38,965 bases of DNA. Origin: a virus. The position numbers and the translations under genes were made by a program. The stretch lies in IMG/VR virus record IMGVR_UViG_3300029481_000019. One strand, given 5' to 3'. Shown in pieces: positions 1 through 8,668 of this stretch. The notes beneath the pieces are model-generated. The model saw only the letters and a program-made list of their open reading frames with translations, was not told where the DNA came from and ran no database searches. Positions within the stretch are counted from its first letter, which is position 1. Each line of letters opens with the position of its first letter.

Positions 1-2442
1 ACTGCCGAAATAGTTCTGTTTCTTCTTGCCGTCCCAATCATCGTAATTCGTTGCGCCAGAGTATGCACTGAAAGGCTCCGCATACATCATCTCAGACCCG
101 GCAGGGCAATAGATCTCCATGGCGACAGGCCTATGGAAACCTTTACCTGCGGCAGCACCGGTCGACACGAATGACTGGATGCGGTTCGACATGCCGACGA
201 GTGATTTGAGCTCATCGGTACTCATACCCTCCAATTCCGACGCGCTTGTGCCGAAGAACGACTCCATGGCGTTGTAGTCGCATCCGCGCACGACCCATGC
301 GTCGTGGTCGTACGTCGACTTCTCGATAAGCGATGTCATGTTGCGGATTGCCGAGCCCTTGCCTTCGTAATCGATCCAAACGTCGCCTGGGCCAACGTAG
401 AACTTCTTCTCCCACCCTGTGCCGGATTTGCTGTACGGCTTGCGGAAGCCAGACAACGGTCGATTCCACGCACCGGAGGAGGCAGTATAGCCGTAGATGC
501 CCTTGCGCTCTGCTGCGGTTGCCTCACGCCAGGCCTTGCCGCTTACACCTCGGAAATGCTCATCGGCCTCCTCCGGTGAAGTGAACCTCCATGCATTAGC
601 CTTGCGCTCCTCGCTGAAAGCCGAATCTTCGACGAGACCTAAGTCGACCATCTGCTTGTGGATCGACTGACGCTTGAGCCTCAACGCAGACATCTTGTCG
701 ATATATACCTTATACGCCTGGCCTTGCTTGTCAAAATCTTCGACATCGTCGATGTACTTCTGCAATAACTCCGCCACTGCCGGGTTATTGTTTGCCGTGA
801 GTTTCTCATTGAAATACTCGAGCTTCTTGGGTATCGCCTCTTTCTTCGCGTCCCAATCGGCGAGTGTCACGGGGTCTTTCCAAATGCCCGAATACGTCTT
901 ATCTGAACTCTTCATGAGCTCTTTCAGCACGTCGATCTCGTTATCGACATCCTTCAGTTGGCTGTCGAGTGCATTCGCGAGCTTCTGCTCTTTCGTCAGC
1001 TTCTCGGCTTTCCATTCCTCGTAACTCATGCCGCCGAGTTTGTTGGCACGCTCGACCTCGTCATACTCCACATCGCCAATAACGGGCACTAGCGTACAAC
1101 GGCAATTGTAGACCTCAGAGGCAGGGCCGTCAGGGTCACCGGGGTACTTCAGCCCGTTGCTGAACTCGGCATCGAGCTTGACTACCTCGCCGTCAAGGTG
1201 GCGGTGGCTGCCACGTGTGCGCGAGTCGAGTGCCGCCAACCATTGCTTTTCAACATCGATGCCCATACCGGCAGCGCGCTCGTAGCCCTTGAGCTTGCCG
1301 AGCGAATGCGCGCTCGTCATGGCGGTACGCGCTGCCTTCATTGCTGCACGCTGGTCCATGGCGGCGATACCGGCGATCGACGTGGCGAGCTGTGGGATCG
1401 TCTGCCCCTGCAGCACCGCCTGCGTCACCGCAGACGTGACGTGGCGGCTGTTCCATGCCGTGTCTTTCGCCTTATCGAATGCCGCCTGCGGGAGCAGGTC
1501 AGGCTCATTCGCGACGAGCTCCATGACGGTGTTCTTGTTATACAGCGTGAACGACGTATTCGCCTTCGCGCCGTGCTCGATCTCGTATGTCGCGAAGTTC
1601 ATGCCTTCCGCATACACGCCTGCCGGCACCTGGTTGACATACGCCATCGCCATCTTGTCGGCGGCGGTGAGGTCTTGGGTCAACGCCTGCTTAAGTGCCT
1701 TGAGCTGGTCGTTGTGCAACGCCTGGTCCTTGCGCCAGGCCTTGTACGCCTTCGCGTCCTTCTTGCCAGCGGCGACATCAGCTTGCCATTTCGCGTCATC
1801 GGCTGCGAACTCCTTGAGTGAGGCCTCGATGCGGGAGGTCATGCCGTCGACCGCATCGGCGTAGGTAAGCTGCAGTTTTTCCTGCAGCTCCTGTGCCTGC
1901 TTCTCGAGTAATTTGGCCTGGGTGTCCTCCTGCGCTTTCCCCGCCTTCGCTGCGAGCTTCTTGCCCGCCTTGCCCGCGCCGTCTTTCGACTTGTAGCCGT
2001 TCTTGAAAGTGCCGTCGGGCATCATGTACCCATAAGTGCCGTCGGTGAACGTGTTGACGGTATAGCCGCCCTTGTCCTCACTCTTCAAGACCTGAGGGCC
2101 TTTCGGCTCTGTGGCCGTGAGCTTGGTTGCTGCCTTCTTGGCGCCGTCTTTAGACTTATAGCCCTCCTTGTGCTTACCGCCGTCAGTCATGTAGCCGTAA
2201 GTGCCGTCTGAATACGTGTCGATCTGAAAGCCGTCAAACTGTTGTGTCTTGACCACAGTCGAATCGACCGGGGTGTCGTCTTCGACGAGCTCATACCCAC
2301 CGAATTCAAGCGCCGCCTTCTGCGCCTTGAGGATGTCCGGGTATACCGCGTGCGACACATAGCCTGCCGACGTGATGTATTGGTACCCGCCGCCGGCCTC
2401 CAATATACCGATCTCGAAGACCGAATGGATCTTTTTCGACAT
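1..2442 (-). CDS. MuF-like minor head protein (SPP1 gp7 / Mu F family) fused to a C-terminal ADP-ribosyltransferase toxin domain. This is the N-terminal and central part of the gene; it runs off the window start and resumes at 38721-38965 across the circular junction.
   Basis: ATG at 2442 is 3 nt downstream of the portal stop. The frame stays open to position 1 and the ORF track reports no ORF only because the stop lies outside the window. The translation contains the Mu-F signature (SRTRGSHRHLDGEVVKLD...EVYNCRCTLVPV). The distal part has ART-like motifs (YGYTASSGAWNRPLSG, VVRG, FVSTG). The N-terminus holds two ~45-aa repeats (DGTYGYM...GYKSKDGAKKA). Confidence 0.8.
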   Translation of the reverse strand, partial: MSKKIHSVFEIGILEAGGGYQYITSAGYVSHAVYPDILKAQKAALEFGGYELVEDDTPVDSTVVKTQQFDGFQIDTYSDGTYGYMTDGGKHKEGYKSKDGAKKAATKLTATEPKGPQVLKSEDKGGYTVNTFTDGTYGYMMPDGTFKNGYKSKDGAGKAGKKLAAKAGKAQEDTQAKLLEKQAQELQEKLQLTYADAVDGMTSRIEASLKEFAADDAKWQADVAAGKKDAKAYKAWRKDQALHNDQLKALKQALTQDLTAADKMAMAYVNQVPAGVYAEGMNFATYEIEHGAKANTSFTLYNKNTVMELVANEPDLLPQAAFDKAKDTAWNSRHVTSAVTQAVLQGQTIPQLATSIAGIAAMDQRAAMKAARTAMTSAHSLGKLKGYERAAGMGIDVEKQWLAALDSRTRGSHRHLDGEVVKLDAEFSNGLKYPGDPDGPASEVYNCRCTLVPVIGDVEYDEVERANKLGGMSYEEWKAEKLTKEQKLANALDSQLKDVDNEIDVLKELMKSSDKTYSGIWKDPVTLADWDAKKEAIPKKLEYFNEKLTANNNPAVAELLQKYIDDVEDFDKQGQAYKVYIDKMSALRLKRQSIHKQMVDLGLVEDSAFSEERKANAWRFTSPEEADEHFRGVSGKAWREATAAERKGIYGYTASSGAWNRPLSGFRKPYSKSGTGWEKKFYVGPGDVWIDYEGKGSAIRNMTSLIEKSTYDHDAWVVRGCDYNAMESFFGTSASELEGMSTDELKSLVGMSNRIQSFVSTGAAAGKGFHRPVAMEIYCPAGSEMMYAEPFSAYSGATNYDDWDGKKKQNYFGS

Positions 2443-2445
2443 GCG

Positions 2446-3906
2446 TTACTCCATCGCGTCGTCGCCTACACCGTCGTCCCCGCCTTGCAGCGATACCGCG
2501 CCGACGAGGCTGCCCATGCGCTCCTCGTTCTCGGCGTCGAGGCGTTCCTTGATCGCCGGCACCTCGCTGGGCGAGATATTCGGCAGCTTGCGCAAGATCG
2601 TCTCGTGGTCGAGGTACTGCGCCTCGCTCATGACCATGTCGACCTGCTCTTTCTGGTTGCTGATGCGGGTGCGCTTAAACACGGGCGTATCTTTGATACC
2701 CATAAGGGCGAGAAGCTGCTGCACGAACTCGGAGACTTGGTATTCGAAATCGCTCGCCTCCTCGTCCATAGGCTGGTACGCCGCATCGATGTGGTCGTTG
2801 GTGGCACCAGCCGCCACCGTATGCACATCGAGGGCGCCGAAGTCCTCGTAGATGCCGTTGCGGATCGACTGCAGGTACGCCTGGCGTGCGGCGTACGGGA
2901 TCTCCTGGGTATACGCCTGCGCATTGCCGCCGTCATCGGAATCGACGAGCGCGACGTGGTTGATCTTCAGGCGGTCGAGGAACTTCTGCAGATCCTTGTC
3001 GCTCATGCCGCCCGCGTTCGACACGAGCCAGTAGATCTGCGCGCAGTCAGTGAGGTCGTTCGCGAAGCCGCTGCGGATCAGGTCGTAGCTGTCAATCGCC
3101 TGGCGCATGCCCACGAGCGTCGACTGGTGGAGCTTCGAGCCCCACATCGGCACCACAGGCAATGCCGAGTAGTTCTCGCCGCCGATCACCTGCTCGATCC
3201 CGTCGGCCGGCGTATAGCTCGTCTTCTCGATATACGGGCGCTTCTCATCGACCGCCTCGAGGCGTTCGTTCGTGACGCCGTTCGCATCCTGACGGCTCTG
3301 GTAGCGGGTGTAGCCGTCGGCCTCGTATAGCACGACCTGCATCGGGCGCGAGCTATCGATACGCCAGAAACGGATGCCTGCCTTGAGCGTGCCGTCGTAT
3401 TCGTCCCAGAGGGGTACGAACTCCGTCAGCGGGAAGACGAACATGCGGTTGAGGTTCCAGAAGCCGAAGCACACGCCGTGGATGAGCGCGTCATATGCGA
3501 GCGTGCGCAGGTCGTGGTCGAAATGCTTGCCGAGCTTCTCCTTGGTCTCATCCTTCTTGCCCACCTCGTCGACATCGATGAAAGACACACCCTGGCCGAG
3601 CGAATACATGGTGCGCTGGGTGTTCAGGCGGTGGAAGAAATTGCTGGCGATCTTGTTGTTGCTCGCTGTGAAATCGACGAGCTTGGACCCGGTGATGTCG
3701 AAGACCTTCTGCACATAGCTGTTAATCGTCGTGTTCTCCTGGCGGTCGTATGCATCGGCCATGCGTGCCATGCGGTACGCCTTGCCCGACTTATGCCGCT
3801 CGATCGCCTCCAGTACGAAGCCCTCGCGGTTGGCGTCGCCTGCCTCCACGAAATCCTGGTACGTGAGCATGCGCGACTTGTCGTCGCGTACCTCGTCCCA
3901 TCTCAT
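2446..3906 (-). CDS. portal protein
   Basis: 486-aa ORF directly downstream of terL with an ATGA start/stop overlap. Its size, position and acidic C-terminus are typical of siphovirus portal proteins. Confidence 0.8.
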   Translation of the reverse strand: MRWDEVRDDKSRMLTYQDFVEAGDANREGFVLEAIERHKSGKAYRMARMADAYDRQENTTINSYVQKVFDITGSKLVDFTASNNKIASNFFHRLNTQRTMYSLGQGVSFIDVDEVGKKDETKEKLGKHFDHDLRTLAYDALIHGVCFGFWNLNRMFVFPLTEFVPLWDEYDGTLKAGIRFWRIDSSRPMQVVLYEADGYTRYQSRQDANGVTNERLEAVDEKRPYIEKTSYTPADGIEQVIGGENYSALPVVPMWGSKLHQSTLVGMRQAIDSYDLIRSGFANDLTDCAQIYWLVSNAGGMSDKDLQKFLDRLKINHVALVDSDDGGNAQAYTQEIPYAARQAYLQSIRNGIYEDFGALDVHTVAAGATNDHIDAAYQPMDEEASDFEYQVSEFVQQLLALMGIKDTPVFKRTRISNQKEQVDMVMSEAQYLDHETILRKLPNISPSEVPAIKERLDAENEERMGSLVGAVSLQGGDDGVGDDAME

Positions 3907-5180
3907 AATGCGAACCTCCTAGGCCCCTCGTCTGCGCCGCCCATGAACGGCGACTCGTATACCATGTCACGCGGCCTGTACACACGCTTGGTCTTCACGA
4001 AATACCTCAGCGCATCCATGCCGTGGTCGTCAACCTTGACAGGCTTGTCTTGGTCTGCCTTATCATCCCACACATAGCCTGTGAACTCGCGCGCCAATTC
4101 GGTGAGTGTGTCGCCGATCTTGACCTGCCCCAACTGCATTGCGCTCGCGGTGTCGCGCACGCCGTCCCCGACATCGTTGTCGGCCTTCCTCACCTTGAAC
4201 CCGCCGCGCTTCCGCAGCTGCGCGATGAACGACGATGCGCTGGGGTCGACGATGATCTCGACGTCTGCGTCCTCCGGGGCGTCGTCTGTGAACACGACTA
4301 GGTCATTGACGTAGTCGGGGTCTGTCTTCTGCCTGCCTTCCTCACGTCCCGAGTAGCGGTACTCACCGACCGCATGCCAGGTACCGGCGGAATCGAGCAG
4401 CCACTTGATCGCATGGAACGGGTTCTGCGTGCCGTAGTCGATGCTCACGCAGTAACCGCGTACGTCTTCGGGCTTCTCCGGCGACCATGTCGGCTCCTGG
4501 GCATCCTTCCAGTTAGGGTACACGAGGCCTTCGGCCTTCGCCCACAGGCCCCTGATGTATCGGTCGTAGTACACCGTGCCGCGGTACTCTGCCTTGAGGC
4601 CGGCGACATAGGCCGCAGGCAGGAACGGGTTGTCGTCGATCGTGTACCTCTGCACGAACATATCGATGCCGGGATCAGCCTCGCCCTTGTCGATGAACTG
4701 CTTGAGCCAATGCGTGGGGCCTGCCGGGTTGCATGCGCCGTGGCATTCGCTGTACGGCAGGCTCAGGCGGCTCTTGAGCATCTCGAACACGTCCGGGTGG
4801 ATGTCGCAGATCTCGTCGCAATATGCGAACTTGACCTCGGAGCCTCGGAGCTTCGATACCTGGCCTGCGTTCTCGGCGCCGATGCAGTACACGCGCTCGC
4901 CGAAGACCTCGCACCAGTTGCGGGCGTTGATGTCGCCGACGAACTTATCGCCCCACATGTCACGCATCGGCGTCAGGACGTTGCGCTCGATGTTCTCCTT
5001 CGTGGCGCCTAGGATCAACGCCAGGCCCTTCTTGCCGCGCAGCTTGATCAGCCTGTCGGGGATCGTGTACTGCACTGCCAGGTGGCTCTTGCCGGAACGC
5101 ACCGCGCCCGTGGCGAGGTTCCAGCGGTGGTGCGCCTCGCGCACATATTCCGCCTGCTTACGCGTCAGGTGTATCTCCAT
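3903..5180 (-). CDS. terL: terminase large subunit
   Basis: 425 aa with a Walker A motif (GAVRSGKS), an ATPase region and a C-terminal nuclease-like region resembling PBSX/SPP1-type TerL. It overlaps terS. Confidence 0.9.
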   Translation of the reverse strand: MEIHLTRKQAEYVREAHHRWNLATGAVRSGKSHLAVQYTIPDRLIKLRGKKGLALILGATKENIERNVLTPMRDMWGDKFVGDINARNWCEVFGERVYCIGAENAGQVSKLRGSEVKFAYCDEICDIHPDVFEMLKSRLSLPYSECHGACNPAGPTHWLKQFIDKGEADPGIDMFVQRYTIDDNPFLPAAYVAGLKAEYRGTVYYDRYIRGLWAKAEGLVYPNWKDAQEPTWSPEKPEDVRGYCVSIDYGTQNPFHAIKWLLDSAGTWHAVGEYRYSGREEGRQKTDPDYVNDLVVFTDDAPEDADVEIIVDPSASSFIAQLRKRGGFKVRKADNDVGDGVRDTASAMQLGQVKIGDTLTELAREFTGYVWDDKADQDKPVKVDDHGMDALRYFVKTKRVYRPRDMVYESPFMGGADEGPRRFAL

Positions 5181-5658
5181 CGGCCGCCTCCTCTATCTGC
5201 ACGAGCACGTTCTTCACGTCGATGATGTCGCCGTCGTCTGCCGGGAGCTGGGGCTGCATCGAACGCCAGGCGTCACCGCGGCGGTTGAACAGCCACATGG
5301 CGATGGCCTTCACGTCTGCCGGCACGTGCTTCTTGACCTTCTTGGTCAACACTTCCCGGCCAGTATCTCGGTCGAGCGTCCATGTCTCCTCGAAATAGTC
5401 GTACCCCAGCGCACGCCTGAGCAGCGCGCCCTCGACCTGGCCGTCTACGAGGTCCTCGGTGACGGTGAGCGCCTTGTCCAGCTCGGGCGACTGCTGGCGC
5501 CATTTCGCGAGTGTGTTGTGCGTGATCCCAATCTTGTCTTCGGCGATCGCCCTCACCGACAGCCCTCGGCGCCTCCAGTCGTTGATCAGCTCGATGCCGT
5601 CCTCGCCGAGCCAATAGCGCTTGCGTTGTACCGCGTTGTTGAATTTGATATAAGGCAA
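5158..5658 (-). CDS. terS: terminase small subunit (HTH-containing)
   Basis: 166-aa ORF immediately upstream of terL with an HTH-like segment (LSVRAIAEDKIGITHNTLAKW). It starts at TTG with a GGAGGG RBS and sits just downstream of iteron region A. Confidence 0.65.
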   Translation of the reverse strand: MPYIKFNNAVQRKRYWLGEDGIELINDWRRRGLSVRAIAEDKIGITHNTLAKWRQQSPELDKALTVTEDLVDGQVEGALLRRALGYDYFEETWTLDRDTGREVLTKKVKKHVPADVKAIAMWLFNRRGDAWRSMQPQLPADDGDIIDVKNVLVQIEEAADGDTPDA

Positions 5659-5799
5659 AACTTCCCTCCTGTCCTATTTGGCTATATTCTACAACGCGAT
5701 GTTCACCTGTACTGTTCAAGTGACTTTCGGGTAGTACGCATAGTGCCTACCATGTAAATCGAAACGCCTTCAAATGTTTACCGAGGTCGACATATACGC

Positions 5800-6210
5800 C
5801 CTCGACTACCTGTCACACTGCTGTCACACAGGTGTCACACCGCTTTTTTCGATTTATCTGCACAGTGTGACAGGTAGTATCGACAAAACGCGATGTAGAC
5901 GCATGTGTTTACAACTACCTGTCACACTGTCACACTGGCATGCTCCCCTATACCCCTATATTTTGAAAATATATATATTTATGAAATGATAGATATTCCT
6001 ATAGAAAATATCTAATATAGGGGCGGCCTGCTGTTTGCCAGTGTGACACTTGGGTACCCAACAATTTACCTACGTCGCGTTTTGACGCCTACTACCTGTC
6101 ACACTGGCCCAAAAGCCGTTTGACAGGTAGTGTGACAGTAACTTGCGCAGAACACCGCTATGCACCGATCTACGTCGCATTTTGACATCTACTACCTGTC
6201 AACCACGCAG
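5800..6210. repeat. Iteron / AT-rich palindrome element A. It has about 10 copies of the 8-bp core TGTCACAC (variants TGTCAAAC, TGTCAACC) in both orientations, including three copies phased at 11 bp (~5811, 5822, 5833) and a tandem pair (~5920/5928). A ~50-bp AT-rich spacer is flanked by the inverted repeat CCCCTATATT / AATATAGGGG (~5953-6023). There are 16-17-bp CTACGTCGCGTTTTGAC boxes at ~6070 and ~6170 and an inverted copy at ~5882.
   Basis: Read directly from the sequence. Element B at 22360-22670 is homologous and shares the core string AAAATATCTAATATAGGGGC. Confidence 0.8.
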
Positions 6211-6244
6211 ATAAATCGGAAAGTGTCATTTTCGGCCAGGAGAT

Positions 6245-6282
6245 ACGAAAAATGCCCCGAGGCATAAATCAGCCTCGGGGCC
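6245..6282 (-). terminator. Rho-independent terminator closing the early minus-strand block (stem CCCCGAGGC / GCCTCGGGG, 8-nt loop, then a U-run on the minus-strand RNA).
   Basis: Perfect 9-bp GC-rich inverted repeat at ~6255-6280 followed on the minus strand by CAUUUUUCG. It sits right after the last early gene (stop ~6362). Confidence 0.55.
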
Positions 6283-6361
6283 CTGCAAGCACACGTGCTA
6301 AGCCAAAACTGTGCCTTCTACATATGCTACAATCATTCTCTGATACGTTTCTGGGCTGCCT

Positions 6362-6643
6362 TCACTCCTCAAACTCAGGGCAGCAGTTGCCTTCGTCCGT
6401 GACTGCGTCCTCGACCGCCGCGAGGATGTACTTCGGCGACCACCTCTGCGTGCCCTTGAGCTTCGCGACCGCATTCGCCAGCGTGGGCGCGCAGATGCAG
6501 CAGTCCAGTTCGTCCGATTCGATGCAGTGTTTGCACTCGCTGCAGTAACGGCGCTCTCCGCCGTACGCACGGTCGATGTCGCCGTCAAGGCACCCCGGCG
6601 GCAGGTTGTACCCGCTGATGGGCTCGTACTCAGCCATGATCAA
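6362..6643 (-). CDS. small Cys-rich hypothetical protein (likely true start ATG ~6637, MAEYEP...)
   Basis: ORF with multiple Cys pairs (CSECKHC, CCIC, CCPEF). Last gene of the early block. Confidence 0.45.
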   Translation of the reverse strand: MIMAEYEPISGYNLPPGCLDGDIDRAYGGERRYCSECKHCIESDELDCCICAPTLANAVAKLKGTQRWSPKYILAAVEDAVTDEGNCCPEFEE

Positions 6644-6818
6644 CTTCTTTCGGTTCGCACTTCTTGATGAATATGATCACAGAGTCGCAATGCGCACAAC
6701 GGTATTTGACTTCGCGCATGAGCGGCTTGCCCTTCTCGCAGACGAACACACGGCCGTTGGGGATATGCCCTGCGTGAGGGTCGATCTGCCTACCGCAGTT
6801 GGGGCATTTAATGGGCAT
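6630..6818 (-). CDS. zinc-ribbon small protein
   Basis: 62 aa, CPNCG...CAHCD motifs, GAAGG RBS. Confidence 0.5.
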   Translation of the reverse strand: MPIKCPNCGRQIDPHAGHIPNGRVFVCEKGKPLMREVKYRCAHCDSVIIFIKKCEPKEVDHG

Positions 6819-7155
6819 GGTTCACTACCTTCCTTCCGCACTGGGGGCAGAAGTTCCATGTGCCGCTCACGTGGTAGTGCTCCTCGTCCTCGACCCTGCA
6901 TCCGCAGACCGAGCACTCGAAGCCGTTGTCACAGGCTCCCATTTCGTTCTCGTCGTAGACGTTCTCGCACTCGCCGCGGTCGATTAGGTCGGCAATACGC
7001 TCGAACACGTCGTTCATCTCGTGGTATCCGATGTCGGGTTCCATTACCGTCTCGTCCAGCAGTTCATAGAACTCTTCTTTGTAGCGGACGCGGTTCATGT
7101 AGGATAGGTGACGCAGATTCTCTACAGTCTCGCAGCGCTCATCATTGGTAATCAT
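6808..7155 (-). CDS. zinc-ribbon hypothetical protein (paralog of 7152-7490)
   Basis: Starts MITNDERCETVENLRHL and shares MIT-DE, RIADLIDR, CxxCG and CPxCG blocks with the upstream gene. ATGA overlap with the upstream stop. Confidence 0.5.
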   Translation of the reverse strand: MITNDERCETVENLRHLSYMNRVRYKEEFYELLDETVMEPDIGYHEMNDVFERIADLIDRGECENVYDENEMGACDNGFECSVCGCRVEDEEHYHVSGTWNFCPQCGRKVVNHAH

Positions 7156-7490
7156 TCGTCCACCACCTCTGCACGGCACTCCGGGCAATATGTGAAATCT
7201 TCCGGGTCGCAGTCTGAATCGCCATATGTAAATGCTTTATACCCACACTGGCTGCAATGGAACGACCTGTAGTCATTCGAGAGGTTTCGGCATGTCGGGT
7301 TGTCGTGTCGGTCGATCAAGTCTGCGAGACGTTGAAATATGCTGCCGTCGAGGCCGACGGTGGCATCGCGGATCATGTTGAGTACAGATGCCTCATGTGC
7401 AATCGTGCGGTCGCAGTCCTCATCGTCGACGAGGTGGTCGAGTTGACGCAAAGTATGCACTACTCGGCGGCGCTTTTCATCAGTAATCAT
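7152..7490 (-). CDS. zinc-ribbon hypothetical protein (paralog of 6808-7155)
   Basis: 112 aa, GAGGAG RBS and C-terminal CSQCG / CPECR zinc-ribbon motifs. Confidence 0.5.
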   Translation of the reverse strand: MITDEKRRRVVHTLRQLDHLVDDEDCDRTIAHEASVLNMIRDATVGLDGSIFQRLADLIDRHDNPTCRNLSNDYRSFHCSQCGYKAFTYGDSDCDPEDFTYCPECRAEVVDE

Positions 7491-7894
7491 TTACTTTCAC
7501 TCCTCAGCTCATTAATGCGAGACGCGATGTCTTTACACATATTGACAGTACAATCCCCTGCGTAGAGCTTGCATTCGGCGCACTTCTTACCGATATTGTG
7601 CGCGTAGGCACACACTGGGTCTTCGAGGTCGGGAGAATCTCCGCAAACCTCAACCGCGTGCAGGTCTTCGTCTAGCTTCTCCCAGCTATCGGGCTCGGCG
7701 AGATGCATGTCGCTTACTGCGAACAACGAAGTGCCGACTGTGAATTTCACTCGCCATATACCAGTGCAAGTATCGGTACGAATGACATACATGAATGACT
7801 TTACGAGGTTCTTAAAGCCGTACCTGTCGTACAGCACTTTGGTATCAAGCGGAATTTCTCGCCCGTCGGCATCTTTAGGCGACTCGATGTTCAT
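7487..7894 (-). CDS. hypothetical protein with a Cys-rich C-terminus (paralog of 7894-8295)
   Basis: Shares IE-PKD-GREIPLDT, PDSWE-L and ASRI-LR blocks with its neighbour. TGATG coupling. Confidence 0.5.
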   Translation of the reverse strand: MNIESPKDADGREIPLDTKVLYDRYGFKNLVKSFMYVIRTDTCTGIWRVKFTVGTSLFAVSDMHLAEPDSWEKLDEDLHAVEVCGDSPDLEDPVCAYAHNIGKKCAECKLYAGDCTVNMCKDIASRINELRSESK

Positions 7895-8295
7895 CAGTCC
7901 TCACCCCTCAGGTTGCGGATGCGTGACGCCACGTCTCGCATCACTGCGTCTGCGCAGGCGTCGTCGCGCGCCGGGCAAGACATGCAATCATCGCCTAATT
8001 CGTGAAAGTAGTGACAGGGGCCGTATGTTTGCCCATCATCGAACGCAGTCAAGTCTTTTTCCAGCTGTTCCCAGCTATCGGGCGGGGTGAGGTACATGAG
8101 CTTTGGGTCGAGCCGTCTAAACATGTCTGTGGTCGCACGCCACTGGCCCGCCACGCTGTCGCTCGTGTCGAAGTCAGTCGTGTAGATCCACCGCGTGATG
8201 TTGTAGGCATTGCCGCTGGCGCCGAATAACTTTGTGGTATCCAGTGGAATCTCGCGGCCCTCCACATCTTTAGGTAACTCGATAGTCATTTGCAT
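7894..8295 (-). CDS. hypothetical protein with a Cys-rich C-terminus (paralog of 7487-7894)
   Basis: 133-aa tandem paralog. Confidence 0.5.
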   Translation of the reverse strand: MQMTIELPKDVEGREIPLDTTKLFGASGNAYNITRWIYTTDFDTSDSVAGQWRATTDMFRRLDPKLMYLTPPDSWEQLEKDLTAFDDGQTYGPCHYFHELGDDCMSCPARDDACADAVMRDVASRIRNLRGED

Positions 8296-8315
8296 TCCTT
8301 GTCTGTCGTTATGAA

Positions 8316-8352
8316 ACCAAAAGGGCTCGGGGTCAGTGCCCTCATCCCTTTT
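8316..8352 (-). terminator. Possible intrinsic terminator (imperfect hairpin AAAAGGG...CCCTTTT) just after the MazG-like gene.
   Basis: 7-bp outer inverted repeat enclosing a GC-rich loop, followed by a U-rich tract on the minus strand. Structure is imperfect. Confidence 0.35.
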
Positions 8353-8353
8353 A

Positions 8354-8656
8354 TCAGAGCCTGCCTCGGCCCTCGTTCCGCTCGTCCATGCGTCGGATGG
8401 CGGCGTCGACCTCGCCTTGCGTGGCGCCGACTGCCGCCAATACGTTGGCGACTGCCTGAACTGTGTCCATGCACTCGTCGATGAGGCAATTGCGCATGTC
8501 TACCCAATCCTGCTTGAACGTCGTGGGGCGCATGCTATCCAACTCCTGCCATGCACCGAAGACCTCGGCTGCCTCCTCTAACGGCTTGAGCATTTGATGC
8601 TTGTCGTCATTCACCTTGTTGAAAACACGCGTGTTCAACAGATACCCGTCAATCAT
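8354..8656 (-). CDS. MazG-like all-alpha nucleoside-triphosphate pyrophosphohydrolase (small phage type)
   Basis: 100 aa with PLEEAAEVFGAW ... DTVQAVANVL ... RRMDERNEGRG, resembling the EExxE/D MazG core. Paralog of 9674-9958. Confidence 0.5.
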   Translation of the reverse strand: MIDGYLLNTRVFNKVNDDKHQMLKPLEEAAEVFGAWQELDSMRPTTFKQDWVDMRNCLIDECMDTVQAVANVLAAVGATQGEVDAAIRRMDERNEGRGRL

Positions 8657-8668
8657 CGTTTATCCTTC

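Noticed and set aside
2242-3330. Long plus-strand ORFs antisense to the minus-strand genes, including 2242-3330, 3478-4077, 4630-5757, 25626-26489, 32402-33196, 32701-33486, 36092-37480 and 37468-38124
   Set aside because: This is a high-GC genome, so the antisense frames are open by chance. They overlap minus-strand genes with clear family signatures and good RBS/coupling. Their translations are Arg/Ala/Pro-rich low-complexity and they lack RBSs.
5774-5989. 71-aa plus-strand ORF inside element A
   Set aside because: Its reading frame is made of the iteron repeats (…CHTGVTPL…), so it is an artefact of the repeat array.
6252-6548. 98-aa plus-strand ORF
   Set aside because: It begins inside the early-block terminator hairpin and overlaps the Cys-rich minus gene. 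No RBS.
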